Shown: positions 22,160 to 35,799, counted from the whole stretch's first letter. The stretch: 62,898 nucleotides of DNA, filler included, from Collodictyon triciliatum (GCA_043381765.1; 12 parts of 12 records of this genome joined end to end with filler, not necessarily neighbours in it), one strand, 5' to 3'. Numbers and translations: made by a program. Notes: a model not told the origin generated them from the sequence alone.

Positions 22160-24272
22160 AAATTCAAATACAAGCCCTCGAGAACAAACTGCTTTTCTTA
22201 AGGTCTTATAATTTCTTCAAAAACTGGGAAATCAAGCGACTCACTAAATTCTCTCACTTCATGAAAACTGCAGTATACAATTCGTCTGAAAGTGAGTTTA
22301 TTTTTTCTAAAAAATATAAAAATAAATATAGAAACAAAAAAAATTCTACCAGTAAAACAAAAATATTTTGAACTCTACAAACTCACCCAACCGTCTTGTC
22401 AGCTGTTGTTCTTCGTCAAGGTCAAATATCAGAAATTGTCTATTTGATATTCAAAGGGCAGTGCCGAATAGTATATAACGCTGAGGTTGGCCGCTCTGAT
22501 GAGACATCCTCTGCACCGGTTTGCCCCTTATACAAATTGTTAATATGCAAGTATGCTTATCCAAGTAAATCATAACAATCGTCTTTAATTTCAAAGGCTA
22601 CTTTTCGAGAGTCATCCGCTTTTGATGAGGAGGACGAAGAGTACGAGGACGAATTTAATGAGGATGGTTACCTTGAAAACCCGACTGAGGAGGAAATGGA
22701 TGAATATCTCGAACTTGAAAAGAATGAAGAATTAAGCATGGACATCTGCAAGCCCAGATTTCGTATAGCTCTATTGAGAAAAACTACACGCTATGTAAGC
22801 ATTACTTGATTAAAGACAGAGTTTTCCTCTTTTAATGGAACTGAAAAGATTTCTCACAGCCCTTAACGTCCAGATGGTTCCTAGAAAGAGACGTATGAGA
22901 CTCGACCTCGCCGTACTTGGATCTGGTGAAATGTTTGGTGAAGGAGGTGTTCTTCAAAATGCACCTCAACTGGGGACAATAATAGCAGATAATAATACAG
23001 AGCTTCTCGAAATCACAAAGACAGACTTTTTGAAACGTACTTTCTTAACCATACGATTTTTTCTATTTCGAAAAGCTGACTGGTTTTTTTTCTACAACAC
23101 AACTATTATGAAGATGATAATTATATTTATAAATATAATGACAATAAATCAAGAAAAAAACAAAAATATAGGAATGGATGATACATCTAGAGCAATGGCG
23201 GAGAGTATTTGGCGAATGAAGAATGATTGGCTGCAACAACATCTGCAGCATATCACAAAGATGAACCCTCATGGGTAGAATTTAGCATAATGACACTAAC
23301 CACGTGAATCGACATAATATACCAATTTCTCTTCATTTTTGCAACTTGATATGTCTTTCACAACAAACTTTAGGCGGCCTGGCCAGAGTTATTATCTTCC
23401 TCAGGCAGCCACAGGGCAGCCGAAATCTGGGTCGAAGTCAGCCAGGCAACTTTATATTTTATTTTATCGTGGCATATAAATTTTAATAAATGACGAGAAT
23501 GTATTGAAAACTTCCTCGCTTTAGCCTGGTTTGTATTCCGCAAGTTTTGGTGTTGACACTACTGCTCGCATTTTTTTTTTGTGACATGAAATTAAAGAAA
23601 TTAACAACAACAATAAAAGGCGCATGAATGAGCTTCCTCCTTTGCCTGAAGAATTGGCCGAAGCGATGAAGCACAGGGCTCGCCGCCCACGACCTCCAGA
23701 CCAGAAAAGATTCGACGAGCTGGTTCATGGAGTTTTTGTTACAAACATAAACGGCATACACATCCCACTTGAATAATCTCGTAACGATATATTATTCCAT
23801 CCCACTTTCAGGCGACTCCCCGTACAAAAAAGCCGTCCTCCCGAAACCGAAAGCAGATGCTGGAAGAAATAACGGCAAAGTTGCAGGAACAAGAACACGC
23901 GTTGTGGATTCAGAAACAAATGCATCTTAGTGAAAAGAGTTCCCCTGCAAAGCCCAGCTTGCCTACCGTCACAAGGACATCCAAAAAGGCAAGAAAATTA
24001 TGACATTGTTGGGTTTGTGTTGTTGCTGTAGAGACTGGCCCCTGATTTTCATTTGAATGTCACAGGTTGAAGAATACAATGTCCCGTCTGTAGCGAATTT
24101 CGACGCAATTGCACCGGCAAAGCACATTTCAAGAATTCCTCATGATAGGTATGTGTCTATATATGTGATTGGGGCGAACATGTACTCACAAAAACAACAT
24201 TTTTTGCCCAGAAATTTCCACCTGCCGCCTCTTCTCCAGGGAACGGCTCAGGACGAGGACATGGTTGCTTAA
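22160..24272 (+). CDS. Cyclic-nucleotide-binding-domain protein (CNBD1/2-like), 5' truncated
   Basis: FLRSYNFFKNWEIKRL, VLRQGQISEIVYLIFKGQCRI and LAVLGSGEMFGEGGVLQNAPQLGTIIADNNTELLEITKTDF form a cNMP-binding beta-roll with an acidic insert. Spliced tail ends EDMVA-TAA at 24272. Confidence 0.8.
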
Positions 24273-24663
24273 CATTTCAATTTCATTATGACAATATTGG
24301 ATGGATTGAAATGGGCATCTTTTTTTTTTTTTTGAATTGGTTGATTTTGATTTGGTTTGTAATGCGACGCCAAAAGCCCGAATTGAAATATTTGAATATT
24401 ATTCGTTAATCGTTCAGTTTAATGCCAATAGGAGACCGGCTTTGATAAGTGATCGGATGGTTGAATGTACCTAGGTGTGGCATGAAAGCTCTCCACTCAA
24501 TCATTAATGTACCGTCTTTCCTTCATTCCTTGTATTCATACATGATTCTTATTGTTTATCTGAGGCGCATCCAATTTTTTATGCATACCATGTTATCTCT
24601 CCGACTGGGATGTGTATCGCCTGCACATACCAAATCATTTCCCATAGTTCGAATAAAAAAATC

Positions 24664-24885
24664 ATGAGGTATGCCATACGAAGAGGACAAAAGTGCACAT
24701 GGTAGATAGCAAACGCTAGTAAGAGAAGACTACTGTGGAAAGGCTAGCACTGTAAATAAATCAGTGATAGCGAGTTGGTCGGGTGGGCGTCCCAACTGGT
24801 TGATTGGTTGAGTGGGTGGTAGTGGTTTGGTTATGCTGTGGGAGATATCGCACGACACATTCCCACATCTCTTCGCTTGTGGACA
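24664..24885 (-). mobile_element. Degenerate 3' fragment of the L1/Tx1-like LINE family
   Basis: Reverse complement aligns by eye with 44660-44860 (gagatgtgggaatg.gtcgtgcgatatctcccaca...caaccaatcaaccagttgggacgccc..gaccaactcgctatcactga) and with 33836-33930. Confidence 0.85.
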
Positions 24886-26819
24886 GGGGCGCACTCGTAA
24901 TGACGGATTGACCAGAAGTATGTTTTAGCTTCAGACACGCTTTTCTTTTTTGTGAGTTTTTTCCCGGTGGAGAGTCAAGGTTATTTCAATAATCGATTTG
25001 TTTCCATGAACGGTGCTTGATGAGCCAAGTGTCATTCCTGGGGCTTCGAGCTGCTCGCATTCTTCAGCAGAACCTTCTATGAGGACGACAGGTTGGACGG
25101 ACTGTCCTTCTTTCAATACGGTTTCCGGGACGTCGCTTGTTACTGATTGTCAAGTGATTGCTGAAGGAGTCTCTTGGATGGGCTTCAGGAGCTAAGCCAT
25201 CTAAAAGTGGTTGGTGGATGTGGTTTACTAGGTGCCATTGTGCTGTCTCCCGATTCTGTTGCAGAGTTGGCTAGGGGCTTCCCTTTTCCTAAGTATCCTC
25301 TTCATGGTTTAAAGGTGACTTTGGTGGGATGCCATCAGTTTGAGGGGGTTGGTAATCTGGAAACTAGCAATTTTTTTCCACTTCGAAAGAGCGATACATC
25401 TACTACAGATACTGCCTCCTTCCAGTTGATTGGCGAGCTTGAAGAAGCACTTTCAGACAAATCAAGTGGTGGTTCATTCATTTTTTCCATATCCATTTCT
25501 TGGTTTTGGGGTCGCTCCTGAACCTTTGTATTTATTGACACTTCAATCACTTCGTCCACGGGGGGTTTGTCACGATTTCTCCCTCAAGGATTGGAAAATG
25601 AGTCGAATTGTTTTTTGGCTTTGTTGGTGGACACTGGGCTTGTTTTACACGTACGATTCTTGAACTTTTGGCCAGTGTTCAGCGTCATAGTTGGCTACTT
25701 TTGTGTCGGAGCCCAAGGTGCGTGTGGTAGCATTTTTGTTGTTTGTATTTGCTTGTGTGGTAGTTGTTGTTTTGTTTTTTGTTTTTTTTGGGTGATTTGG
25801 CATCGCCTGCTATTCCCTCCTTTGATGGGAAGAGTATATGGGATGTAGGACTCTTTGAGGGCATGTATCTCCACAGGACAGCATCCGTCATGAATGAATC
25901 TGTAGGAGGTATTTTCCCCTTCTTTTTCTTCTTTCCTGTTCTTCAAATGTAACGGGTGCATCATTCTTGCATATTCCTGCAGGCTTTGTCCAGCTGACTT
26001 TGATTGGGTGAATTCCCCATACAAATTACCACGCTAACATCTCACTCGTCTCATTTGTGTCGTGAGTTGCGCTTGAACGGGTTTTACTTTTAAGATTAAT
26101 GCCCAATTACATCAATCACACTCAATCGCTGCTTCCAAAGGAGCCGCCAGAGTTGCAGATAATTCTAGGGGAAAAAAGCTTCGTCTCTGACGTGAGCACA
26201 TCGCAGATTCTTGACTTTGCAACCGCCACAACCAAGGAGGCATTTTTCTTAGTTGTCGAGGACGCAGGGGAGCATACAAAGTGGGCAACAGTCCTGAATC
26301 GATGGCTAGTGAGTCTGCTACTCATCATTCTTGTCTTCTCTAGGCCACCATCACAATCACAATCACAATCACAATCACAATCACAATCACAATCACAATC
26401 ACAATCACAATCACAATCACAATCACAATCACAATCACAGCCACAACCACCATATCAATCACCATTACAATCACATCCAATCATTAAAAAAATGAGAAAA
26501 AAAAAAGGTCATTGGATTACCTCCTCCTGCACTTCAGGGTCCCTCAACACTGCTTTCCCCGCGAATCGGCGTAGCACCTCGGTAGTGACCAAAGCATTCA
26601 AACTATGCCAAAGGCATCATAAATGATATCAAACCCGTTGGGAGTCGAAAAAGAGCACTGGCAAATCAGACACTCGCAAGATTGTGTGGACTTTTGTGTT
26701 CATTCTTTTTTCAGCGTTTTTTTCTTTTTCATTTTCGTTCCTCTTTTTTCTTCTTGCTGTCTTCCTCACTCAGTCTCGCTCTTACTCTCACCTTCACTTG
26801 CAGCCTCTCCTTTGGAGCA

Positions 26820-27251
26820 ATGGAAAGGAAAAAGTCAGCGGACAAAGATCGTGATCGTGATCGCGACAGAAAAAGAGACAAGGAAAGAGACAAGGAAAGA
26901 GACAAGGAAAGAGACAAGGAAAGAGACAGAGACAGAGACAGAGACAGAGACAGAGACAGAGACAGAGACAGAGACAGAGACAGAGACAAAGACCGCTACC
27001 GCGATAAGGACCGAGCAAAAGACCAAAAGCCATCGCGACACATAAAGTTTGACGAAGATGGCCGTGCTTTGGCCAGTGAGGCTGAGAGCAAGTCGGAAAA
27101 GCCCACAAAGTCTGCCAACCCTCAGAACCCCGCCCCTTCAGACTCCCCAGCCCCGAAGAGTCTACCGCGGGCTGCAAGCGGGCCAGTCGCCCAACTGAGC
27201 TTGCAAGAGAAGCGCAAGCTGATTTGGGGGGCGAAGAAGGAGGAGCCAAAG
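26820..27251 (+). CDS. RD/RE-rich nuclear protein, RSRC2/SMAP-family-like; first exon only
   Basis: MERKKSADKDRDRDRD.. (coding (GAGACA)n), then LSLQEKRKLIWGAKK, resembling the KRKLLWG motif that precedes the SMAP domain in RSRC2 homologs. Donor gtctgt follows. Confidence 0.6.
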
Positions 27252-27329
27252 GTCTGTGATATATGTATTTTCTCTTTTTTTTTTCTCTCTCTCTCTCTTT
27301 TTTCTCTCTTTTTTTTTCTCTTTTTTTTT

Positions 27330-27362
<33 letters not shown>

Positions 27363-27633
27363 CTTTCTTTTTTTTTCTCTCTTTTTTTTTTCTCTTTTTT
27401 TCTCTCTTTTTTTTCTCTCTTTTTTTTTCTCTCTTTTTTTTATCTCTCTTTTTTTTATCTCTCTTTTTTTATCTCTCTTTTTTTATCTCTCTTTTTTTAT
27501 CTCTCTTTTTTTATCTCTCTTTTTTTATCTCTCNNNNNNNNNNNNNNNNNNNNNNNNNNNNNNNNNNNNNNNNNNNNTTAATTAATTAANNNNNNNNNNN
27601 NNNNNNNNNNNNNNNNNNNNNNNNNNNNNNNNN

Positions 27634-27734
<101 letters not shown>

Positions 27735-27768
27735 CAAAGACAAAGACAAAGACACCAAGCAACGCAGA

Positions 27769-30701
27769 ATGCTGCCCTTCGAAGCACGACGAGCACGACC
27801 CCCGACGAAAAGCGGCCGCGGCCAACTCAGCAGCGAGGAGCTTGTCAACAGCGCACAGAGGCAGCGGCTGCAGCGCCACAAACAGCGCCAAACCGACCAG
27901 TCTGTGCAGCTCCTCCAGCGGCACTTTGTCTGGGCCGCCACTCGCCGCCGCGAGCGCAAAGCCCTTTGGCAGCAGTGGGACGCGCTGGCCTCGCCCGCAG
28001 ACGCAGACCCGCCTTTGCCCGAGCTGGTGGCCCTGTTTCTCACAGCCGCAGGCCGCCGCGAATCGCCCACGGTTCCGGCCAGCGAGCCACTCCAGCGACG
28101 GCTCACCACATGCCTGGGCCTGATTCTGCGCGGCGCAAAGCACGGCGAAGCCCACCGCAACTGGTTCCAGTGCGCGACCCGCACCCGCGCCTTCTTTGAC
28201 GCATCGGCACGCGGCTTGATTCGCTGGACTCTTGCGGCCCTGTGCAGGCTGCACAACACACGCCCAAGCGCGCCGGACGCAAGCGTTTCTGCGCGGGTCT
28301 GGGTTTGGCTTCGGTTTCTGCGCCTGCTGGGAAACCCGGCCGACTGGGCTGCCGATGGCGTCCGGCCGGACCGCGTCGATGATGCCGCCTCTTGGTGGCC
28401 CGCCGATGCGCATCAGAGCCTAGTCGATGCTGCCTGCGCCTTGCTGCAGCATTCGCCTTTGTACGGCGCGGACTCGCGCCTTTCGGCTCTGGCCTGGCTG
28501 CGTGCGCTTGCGGGCCTTCTGGCTGCAGTCGATGCACGCGCTTTTGTGCGCGCGTGTTTGCCTGTGCCCGGCCTTGTCTCGCTGCTTGCGCTGGCCGATG
28601 CGCGCGAGGCTGCAAAGATGCTTGTCCGTCCGGCCCTTGTGGATGCCCTCCAAGCCTCGCTTTCCTCGCTCAGGGCCGTGGCCAAGACGCTGCCCGATTC
28701 CAGAGTGGCCCAGTGGCCTTTTCTGGACGCGGTGAGCAAGAAGGACGGCCTATTGGGCCCAAATGGCTGGCAGAAGCAGACCCTGCCTGACTCGGCCCCT
28801 GTTTCCGTTTGGATCCTGGGGAACTGCCTGGCTTTGCTGCGGCTTTGGGTAAAAAATGGGCCTTTGGGTGGTGATGTTCTGCACAGGTCCGGCTGCGATG
28901 CTGTTTCTGACCTTGTGCGGGCTGCTGCAGATGTGGCGTCCGACTTGAAGGATAGGAATCCAGATGGTCCTTCATGGGCGGGTGCGCTGGAGCTTTTTTG
29001 GTCGGCTGACTCCTTCGTGGCAAATACACTCCTGAGGTTGCACGAAAGTACAGAATCCCTTGTCGGCTCTCCCCCGACACAGCTTGATTCTCAGGACTCG
29101 CCAAAGGCATCATCCTCTCGCTTCGGCTTTTCGTTGTCTGGGATATTTGCAACAAAGACACAGAAAGTAGCTCCGTCCACCGCAAGCACCCTTACAAAGC
29201 AACCTCCCCGGTTTCTTGCTCATGCCTCGCGGCTGTATACTTCGTTGGCCCTTATCGATTCATCAGTGCGAATGTCGCTTTTAAATCACTTGGTTTTTTC
29301 TACAAAGTTGTTGCAGATTCATTCTCTGTACTTTTCTGTGCAGTACGATCGATTTCCTGATGTCTCTCGTTTTGCAGAAACCCTCTTAAGCTCTGATTCG
29401 CAGCTCGCGTCTGTGCTTACCCTTTTGGTTATGTGCTACAATCATATCATTCGCATTTTGGATACGCGAGACATCTGCGAAGCTCAAATTCCCCTGCCTC
29501 TCAATACACTTCGGTCTTTAATCGCAGTTTGCCATCGAGTCGCATTCATGTCCTTATCGCCACTAGAATCAGAAAATGTATCCACAGATTCTACCCATCG
29601 CATACTTTATGAAGCAGCCACAAACTTCAGTCGTGTTCTTTTCCAAAGAGACTCAAAAGCATCTTTTTGTCCTGCGCAACTGTGGATTTTTCCTGATTTC
29701 GCGGTCTCTTTTCATTCATATATATCTATCAATCCGAAAATTATTTTGCATAAATAAGTTGACCATTGTCTTAGATGGAACATAAATTTATACAATTTAT
29801 ATGATATTTTAACCAAAAGCATACAAACTTTTTAACACAATTTATTTCATCCCCCACTACAGTTAGATAGGAATGAGTCAGGTTTTTTTTTCTGTATTAA
29901 TATGATCTCAATCGAATATGCATGAATTTTTTTTTGAAATTGCATCTTTTAGATTCAATACCTAGTCTTTCCTGCCCCACTCTTTTCTTTTCTTTTTCTT
30001 TTTTGACAAAACAATCCAACAAACTTTATATCGGTGTAGGGAAAATTATTTTGAACTCCAAATCCAGGGCAGTTCTGAACAAATTACCCCATTCCGTCCC
30101 ATTTCATGACCGTGCATTATTTTTTCGCCAACTGGTAACTCTCGAAAATCAGCATATTTCAAACCAGTACCTTTGTCGCATCAGGTTTCCCTATTTACTT
30201 GCATTCATGTGGCTGAAGTGCACATATGAAATATAAAAATTTAAACATTCTTGCGATGGTGTTCGATCACAGAGAATAAATAATAAAAGTAAATGAACAA
30301 ATAAATTCAGTATCGATACGTGAATAACATTATAGAAGGGATCGCATCCTGGAGGATAGCATCGTGCAGTTATCTCAAATTCGAGCACAGATTAAATCAA
30401 AGATAAGAATTCAATTCGTTGATTCGCAAGGGTTTGCAGGTTAATGTCTTTTTCAATTTCTCTTTTTTTTTCTTTTTTGCATATACTTTTTTTTAGTATA
30501 TGTTTTTTTTATTTATTGTTTTCCCTTTTTTTTTTTTGTAGCTTTTTTTTGAAATAAATTATCATGTAAAAATAGAGGCTGGTATTGACCAGAATGGACT
30601 TTTCAAGGAATTTATTGAATTGCTTATCGTTCAAATATTCAACCCCAACCTTGGTATTTTTGGAGTTACATCGGTAAAGGCTTGAAAATCGCTATTTTTT
30701 A

Positions 30702-30798
<97 letters not shown>

Positions 30799-32808
30799 CC
30801 TTCGGGTAACCTTAGGCGTGTCTTTCATAAAAATTTAACTTTTTTTTTGTCCTTGCGTACCAATATAAATACCATACAATTTGATAACGAAATCTACTGA
30901 ATCAATTATTTTTTTTTAAAAAAAGCAACAACAATTATATCCATCACCGCTTTCATACATACACCCCGATCACCTCGTATTGCTCGAATTCTCTGGAGTT
31001 GTTTTCGGAAAAGCGATTAGAGAAGGGATTCTAATGAACGTTTCATTTGCCTCTTTCTTCTTAAACAGGTATATTCCAAGGCATGTCTGAGAAAATAGTT
31101 CTGTGAAATTTTTACTATATTTTTTGTCAAAATTTATTGTTTCAATACTTTTTTGCCTATGCTCTTGTTCCATGGCAGAGAAACTTTCTCTTTCTCACAG
31201 GATTCTTGGAATATATAACTCCATCGACGAACTGTCCTCATTAGACCCCGAATTGGACAAAAACTTGCGATTTCTGAAAGAATATGAAGGTGATGTTTAT
31301 AAAAATAATGTTCTCTTGTCCAAAAATTAAAAGAATAAACGATAAGATAAAAAATATTTATGTGAATTTTTGTGTGATTTTTTTTGTGTGATTTATACCA
31401 GGTCTCGCTATCACTCCGTTTCATATTTACTCATATTCCAGGTGATGCGGAGGACTTGTGTCTCACATTCTCTGTGGCAAAGGACGAGCTAAGTCCTGAC
31501 ACCATTGTTGAGCTCATACCAGGCGGAAAGGAAATTGCTGTCACCAACGACAACAAATTCATGTGTATGAAACTTATTTTAAACGCCTTTTAGATCCCCC
31601 TGTAATTTTCAGTTTATTTTGTTCGGGATTATCCGATAACAAACAATCCATTAGAGAAAGTAACGGTAATGGTTCATAGATATTCGTTTGATGGCTGATT
31701 ACCGCTTGAACAAACAAATTAATAATCAGGTATTTGTTGATATATCAAGGTATACATCAATAAGGTCATTGTATTATGGTTGTTTTCTCTTTTATGAATG
31801 AAATAAAAAGAACATTTTTGAATCGAAATATAGTGCAGTGCTTTTATCAGGGGAATACAATTAGCAATATCGGCCGACTGTATGCATCTTTTTCCAACTC
31901 CAAACGAATTGCAAAGGTTAATAAGTGGAGACCATGCTGAGGTTACCCTCCTTTTTAAATAATAAATAAATATAAAATGATTATGATAAAGAAATATATG
32001 ATGGCTAAAATTAAGCTTATTACTTGGTGATTCATCCAGATCAATGTCTCTGACCTAAGACGGAACACTCGTTACACAAATGGATATACGGAAGGAGATA
32101 GGGTCATTCGTTGGTTTTGGGAGGTGGTGGACGAAATGTCACCATCTGATAGACAGGCTCTCCTTCGTTTTGTTACAAGCTGCTCTAAAGTATGTTTTTT
32201 ACTTGTGAATCTTTCTCTGTGTCTTTTTTCTCTTTCTCTTTCTTTAAAAATCCATTTTATTTTTATTCATCTCAAACAGAGGCTATCCTTGTTTCTTATA
32301 TATATTAAAAAATAATAATCAAGATTAGCTTTATCAACTCCTCAGACTGACTGTCGATTCTATAGCCTCCGTTATTGGGATTTCGATATCTGGAACCTCC
32401 TTTTACAATACAAAAAGTCGCTACGGAACAATCTTTTTCGTTCTTTTCATTCAGGTTTGACTTTTCGGTGCATTCTACAAGTCCATGTTTTTTTTCTAAG
32501 ATTATTTTTTCCATTCATTTTACAATCCATACTCCTTTTGCGACCTTTTGCTCCTTATTAGTCAGATTATAATATTTTTTTTCTCTGTTGTCCTCATTCG
32601 AACGATTGAAATGTTGATTTCCATGTAACATTTGCTCACTCACAGCAGCGCTGATTTTTCCCCATTCTGTCACAGTGACACTGACCGACTCCCAACTGCA
32701 TCGACTTGTTTTAACATGCTCAAACTCCCAACGTACGCCAGAAAGGCAACACTCAAGGAAAAACTTCTATATTCAATCCACTCGCGCGCTGGCTTTGACT
32801 TGAGCTAA
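27769..32808 (+). CDS. HECT E3 ubiquitin ligase, UBE3B/UBE3C (plant UPL6/7) type, complete
   Basis: N-terminal IQ-like [76 protein letters not shown]; catalytic [16 protein letters not shown]-terminus GFDLS-TAA at 32808. Confidence 0.95.
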
Positions 32809-32921
32809 ATAAATAAATAAATAAAATTATCATCGTTTGTTATATTTGAGCGAGGAATCCGCACAACCATTAATCCTACCGGTGAAAGTCACCTTCGGGA
32901 CGGGGAGTTCATCTGCCTGTC

Positions 32922-33028
<107 letters not shown>

Positions 33029-33153
33029 CTTTCACCAAACCATTTGGTATACANNNNNNNNNNNNNNNNNNNNNNNNNNNNNNNNNNNNNNNNNNNNTTA
33101 ATTAATTAANNNNNNNNNNNNNNNNNNNNNNNNNNNNNNNNNNNNNNNNNNNN

Positions 33154-33313
33154 AACTATCAGTAACCAAATTATGACACAATAAAACCGTGTCGTTGATT
33201 TTGTCATAGCCATCCGCATTCTTTACAATCGACTTTAGGGATGTTTTCACATTCGGATAGTGTGGTTTTACAGACTTTATATTCTCAGACTCAAGACGTT
33301 TTCTCTTCTTCAT
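33154..33313 (-). CDS. Candidate Fanzor1 (eukaryotic TnpB-derived nuclease) N-terminus, truncated by contig end
   Basis: MKKRKRLESENIKSVKPHYPNVKTSLKSIVKNADGYDKINDTVLLCHNLVTDS: basic NLS plus KTSLKSI..KINDxVxxCxxLV, the pattern I recall from Fanzor1 N-termini. Only 53 codons are visible, with no RuvC motifs. Confidence 0.55.
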
Positions 33314-33634
33314 CTGAAAGTCTCTGTTTTATTTTTTTCCTTTAGAGAACTACCGAGTTTTCGATTTTAATAAAACTTCTGTCAATTAGTCAATTGGTCA
33401 ATTTAATATGTATATAAAACAACTGCACAAAATCAATTGAGGTAAAATTAAGCATCCACCGAGACTCTCAAAATGTGCGCATTGTGGCAAACAAACACAC
33501 CAACTTTTTTTTTACAAGTGATTTGAGACAAAACCCTGAGAGCCCATTCGGCAAGTTCGAAAGGACAGCCGTATAACCATTGCGACTGAAAGTCAACATA
33601 TTGTCCCCAAACAACGTGATTACTGCCGCAAGTG

Positions 33635-33703
33635 TGGATAGTATGCTTTTTTTTTTCCCTTTATTCGATTCAAAGTGTAGCGAGGTTATGCTGGATAGTA
33701 TGC
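33635..33703 (-). mobile_element. 45-nt LINE tail insertion with TSD
   Basis: TSD tggatagtatgc at 33635-33646 and 33692-33703 flanks polyT+ccctttattcgattcaaagtgtagcgaggttatgc. Confidence 0.85.
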
Positions 33704-33794
33704 TTTTTTGAAATGCATGTTTGGTGGTAGGTTTATGGGGTGGGTTCTGTCTGGGCCAACTTAAGGGCTTGTTTGTAATTTTTAATATTACATA

Positions 33795-33955
33795 AATGGG
33801 AAATATTTTTTCCTTTATTCGATTCAAAGTGCAGCGAGGTTATGCCATACAAAGGGGGCGAGATAGGTGCGCATGGTAGAGAGCAAACGCGAGTAGGAGA
33901 GGACGCTATTGTGGAGAGGCAAGCACTGGAAAGAAAAAATCAGGAATGGGAAATA
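33795..33955 (-). mobile_element. 139-nt 5'-truncated LINE insertion with 11-bp TSD
   Basis: TSD aatgggaaata at 33795-33805 and 33945-33955. The insert carries the same tail and aligns to 44780-44860 and 24664-24750. Confidence 0.85.
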
Positions 33956-35799
33956 AAATATAAATTAATTATGGGAATAGAATGGGTTTAAGTGGTTTAA
34001 CCTTGACATATACTAATTATATTATTATGTTATTCAGTTTGCTTCTTGGATTCGTCAAAGCTCATGCTTTTGTCAATCCAGATTTAATTCGATGATTGTC
34101 TGTGCAATAAACTGCTTTCTATGGGTACACTTTCGTTGTATAAAAAGTGTTGTGCTTGAAAGGGATAAAACCAAGTTCGTCACAACCTTTGTTATGAAGT
34201 ATATCCATTTACAGGCTGAATGAGACCGAAGAGAAAGAAAAAGAAAAAGAAAAAGAAAAAGAAAAAGAAAAAGAAAAAGAGATAGAAAAGAAAATGAAGA
34301 AAAGAAAAGATTTTTTTTTATTCACGACAGACTTAGCTGTTGGCGCCCATGCCAACAATATTTTTTCAACCACCAAGCAAGTAATCCGAGGTAAAAAGAA
34401 AGTAATGGCGGATGTGCCATCAGAGGAGTATAGAGATGGGAATAGAGAAAAGAGAGAAGGGGGTGAGAAGAAAAAAGAAAAGAAAAGATAAAAGAATCAG
34501 AGCAACTAAAACTGAGCACTATATTCATAATTATCTTGCTACCCGTGGGTTGATGGCTTGAGCCCGATAGGCCTTTTTTTTTTATTCCCCTTTATTATTA
34601 TTAATCTTATTTGTTTCAAAGAGCTCGCTCTGCCTTATTAGTAGTTTGTTGTACTCACGGGTCGGTGGCAGCTGGCGTCTTGATCGTGGGTGTGTCTCGG
34701 TGCATAACCTGTGTTGTAAGGGATGTGGTAAAGTGACCTTTTCGCTCTCTGCGTTGGCTGCGTCGGCCTTTTCGGTTTGCGTACGATCAGTAGGCATTCA
34801 TAGGCGCGGGGTTGTGGCGCCGGTCTCCTGGTAGGCGGTCTCCTCCTTCTCGGGATCGCGCTCTCCGATCTCTTGCGTGTTTTTTTCCGGCTTCAGAATA
34901 TGGCGAGTTGAGAAAAGAAGCAAAGAACCCCAGTGTAATAAAATATTATTTTCTAGGGAATGTGTCCTTTGTCTCTCTCATGTGCTTATTTCTCGGCAAT
35001 ACAGACTTTTTCTTAATTACCGTACTTTTTTTTTGTTGCTCCTCTCAACTCTGTCTCGATGTGTGATCGCCACATTTATTCACATTGCGATTTAATCTCC
35101 ACCGAAGCCTTTGTAGTGTTGGTGCTCAGTCCATTCCAGTTTGTCTCGCCTCTTGTGATTTCTTCGGGCATTCGCTAAAAGATAATCCCACATGGTATCA
35201 TCAGATTCTGGTGGGCGTAATGGTTGGACTTGTCGTCCAACTGTGCTTCTTGTATGTGATTGGGAAATAAAGCTCTCGCCAATATCATCTGAATATTGGG
35301 AATCCCAACGACGTCGACTTTGTTTGCCTTTCAACTGTTCTTGTGGCTCTAGGAATGCGGATTCCTCTATCGTGTTCGCCGACAAAATGATATGTGATTT
35401 AGTTTCTGAGAGATATGAAACAAAATGAAGTTATTTTTTCGTCCATGAGGTTCAGATTCGAGAAAAAAATAATTATGCGAATGAATTGCATGGTTTGGTA
35501 TTCTTAATGTACACATTTTTAACGCTACCCTTCTTTTTTGTAGTGGACTCGATGTTCTTGTCTATTTTAAACTCACAATCAATTCCCTGGTGGCTCAGAA
35601 CCATGCAAGCATCCCTACATTTAGGACAATTTTTGTTTGCTGCGAGGGGTCTTAATATTTGCTTCCTTCTATTTGTTTGAAAGAATATAATAGAAAGGTG
35701 CAGCAAAAACCAAGTATTTACGCTACATGGCTAGCGAACCAAACACATACACCCCGCTGTCTTGCACAAATTGAATAGAAGAATAGAAAAAAAAGTACT

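Noticed and set aside
23446-23619. GC-AG intron in the cNMP-binding gene
   Set aside because: Two same-phase GT donors lie just upstream, so a GC donor is not required.
26099-26626. Small gene between the decayed element and the RSRC2-like exon
   Set aside because: Both strands give equally weak, unrecognisable models.
33460-33770. CxxC motifs (KCAHCGK, YCRKCG) as a transposase cysteine-rich end linked to the Fanzor-like ORF
   Set aside because: They are in different, stop-broken frames with no recognisable terminal repeat; too weak to call.
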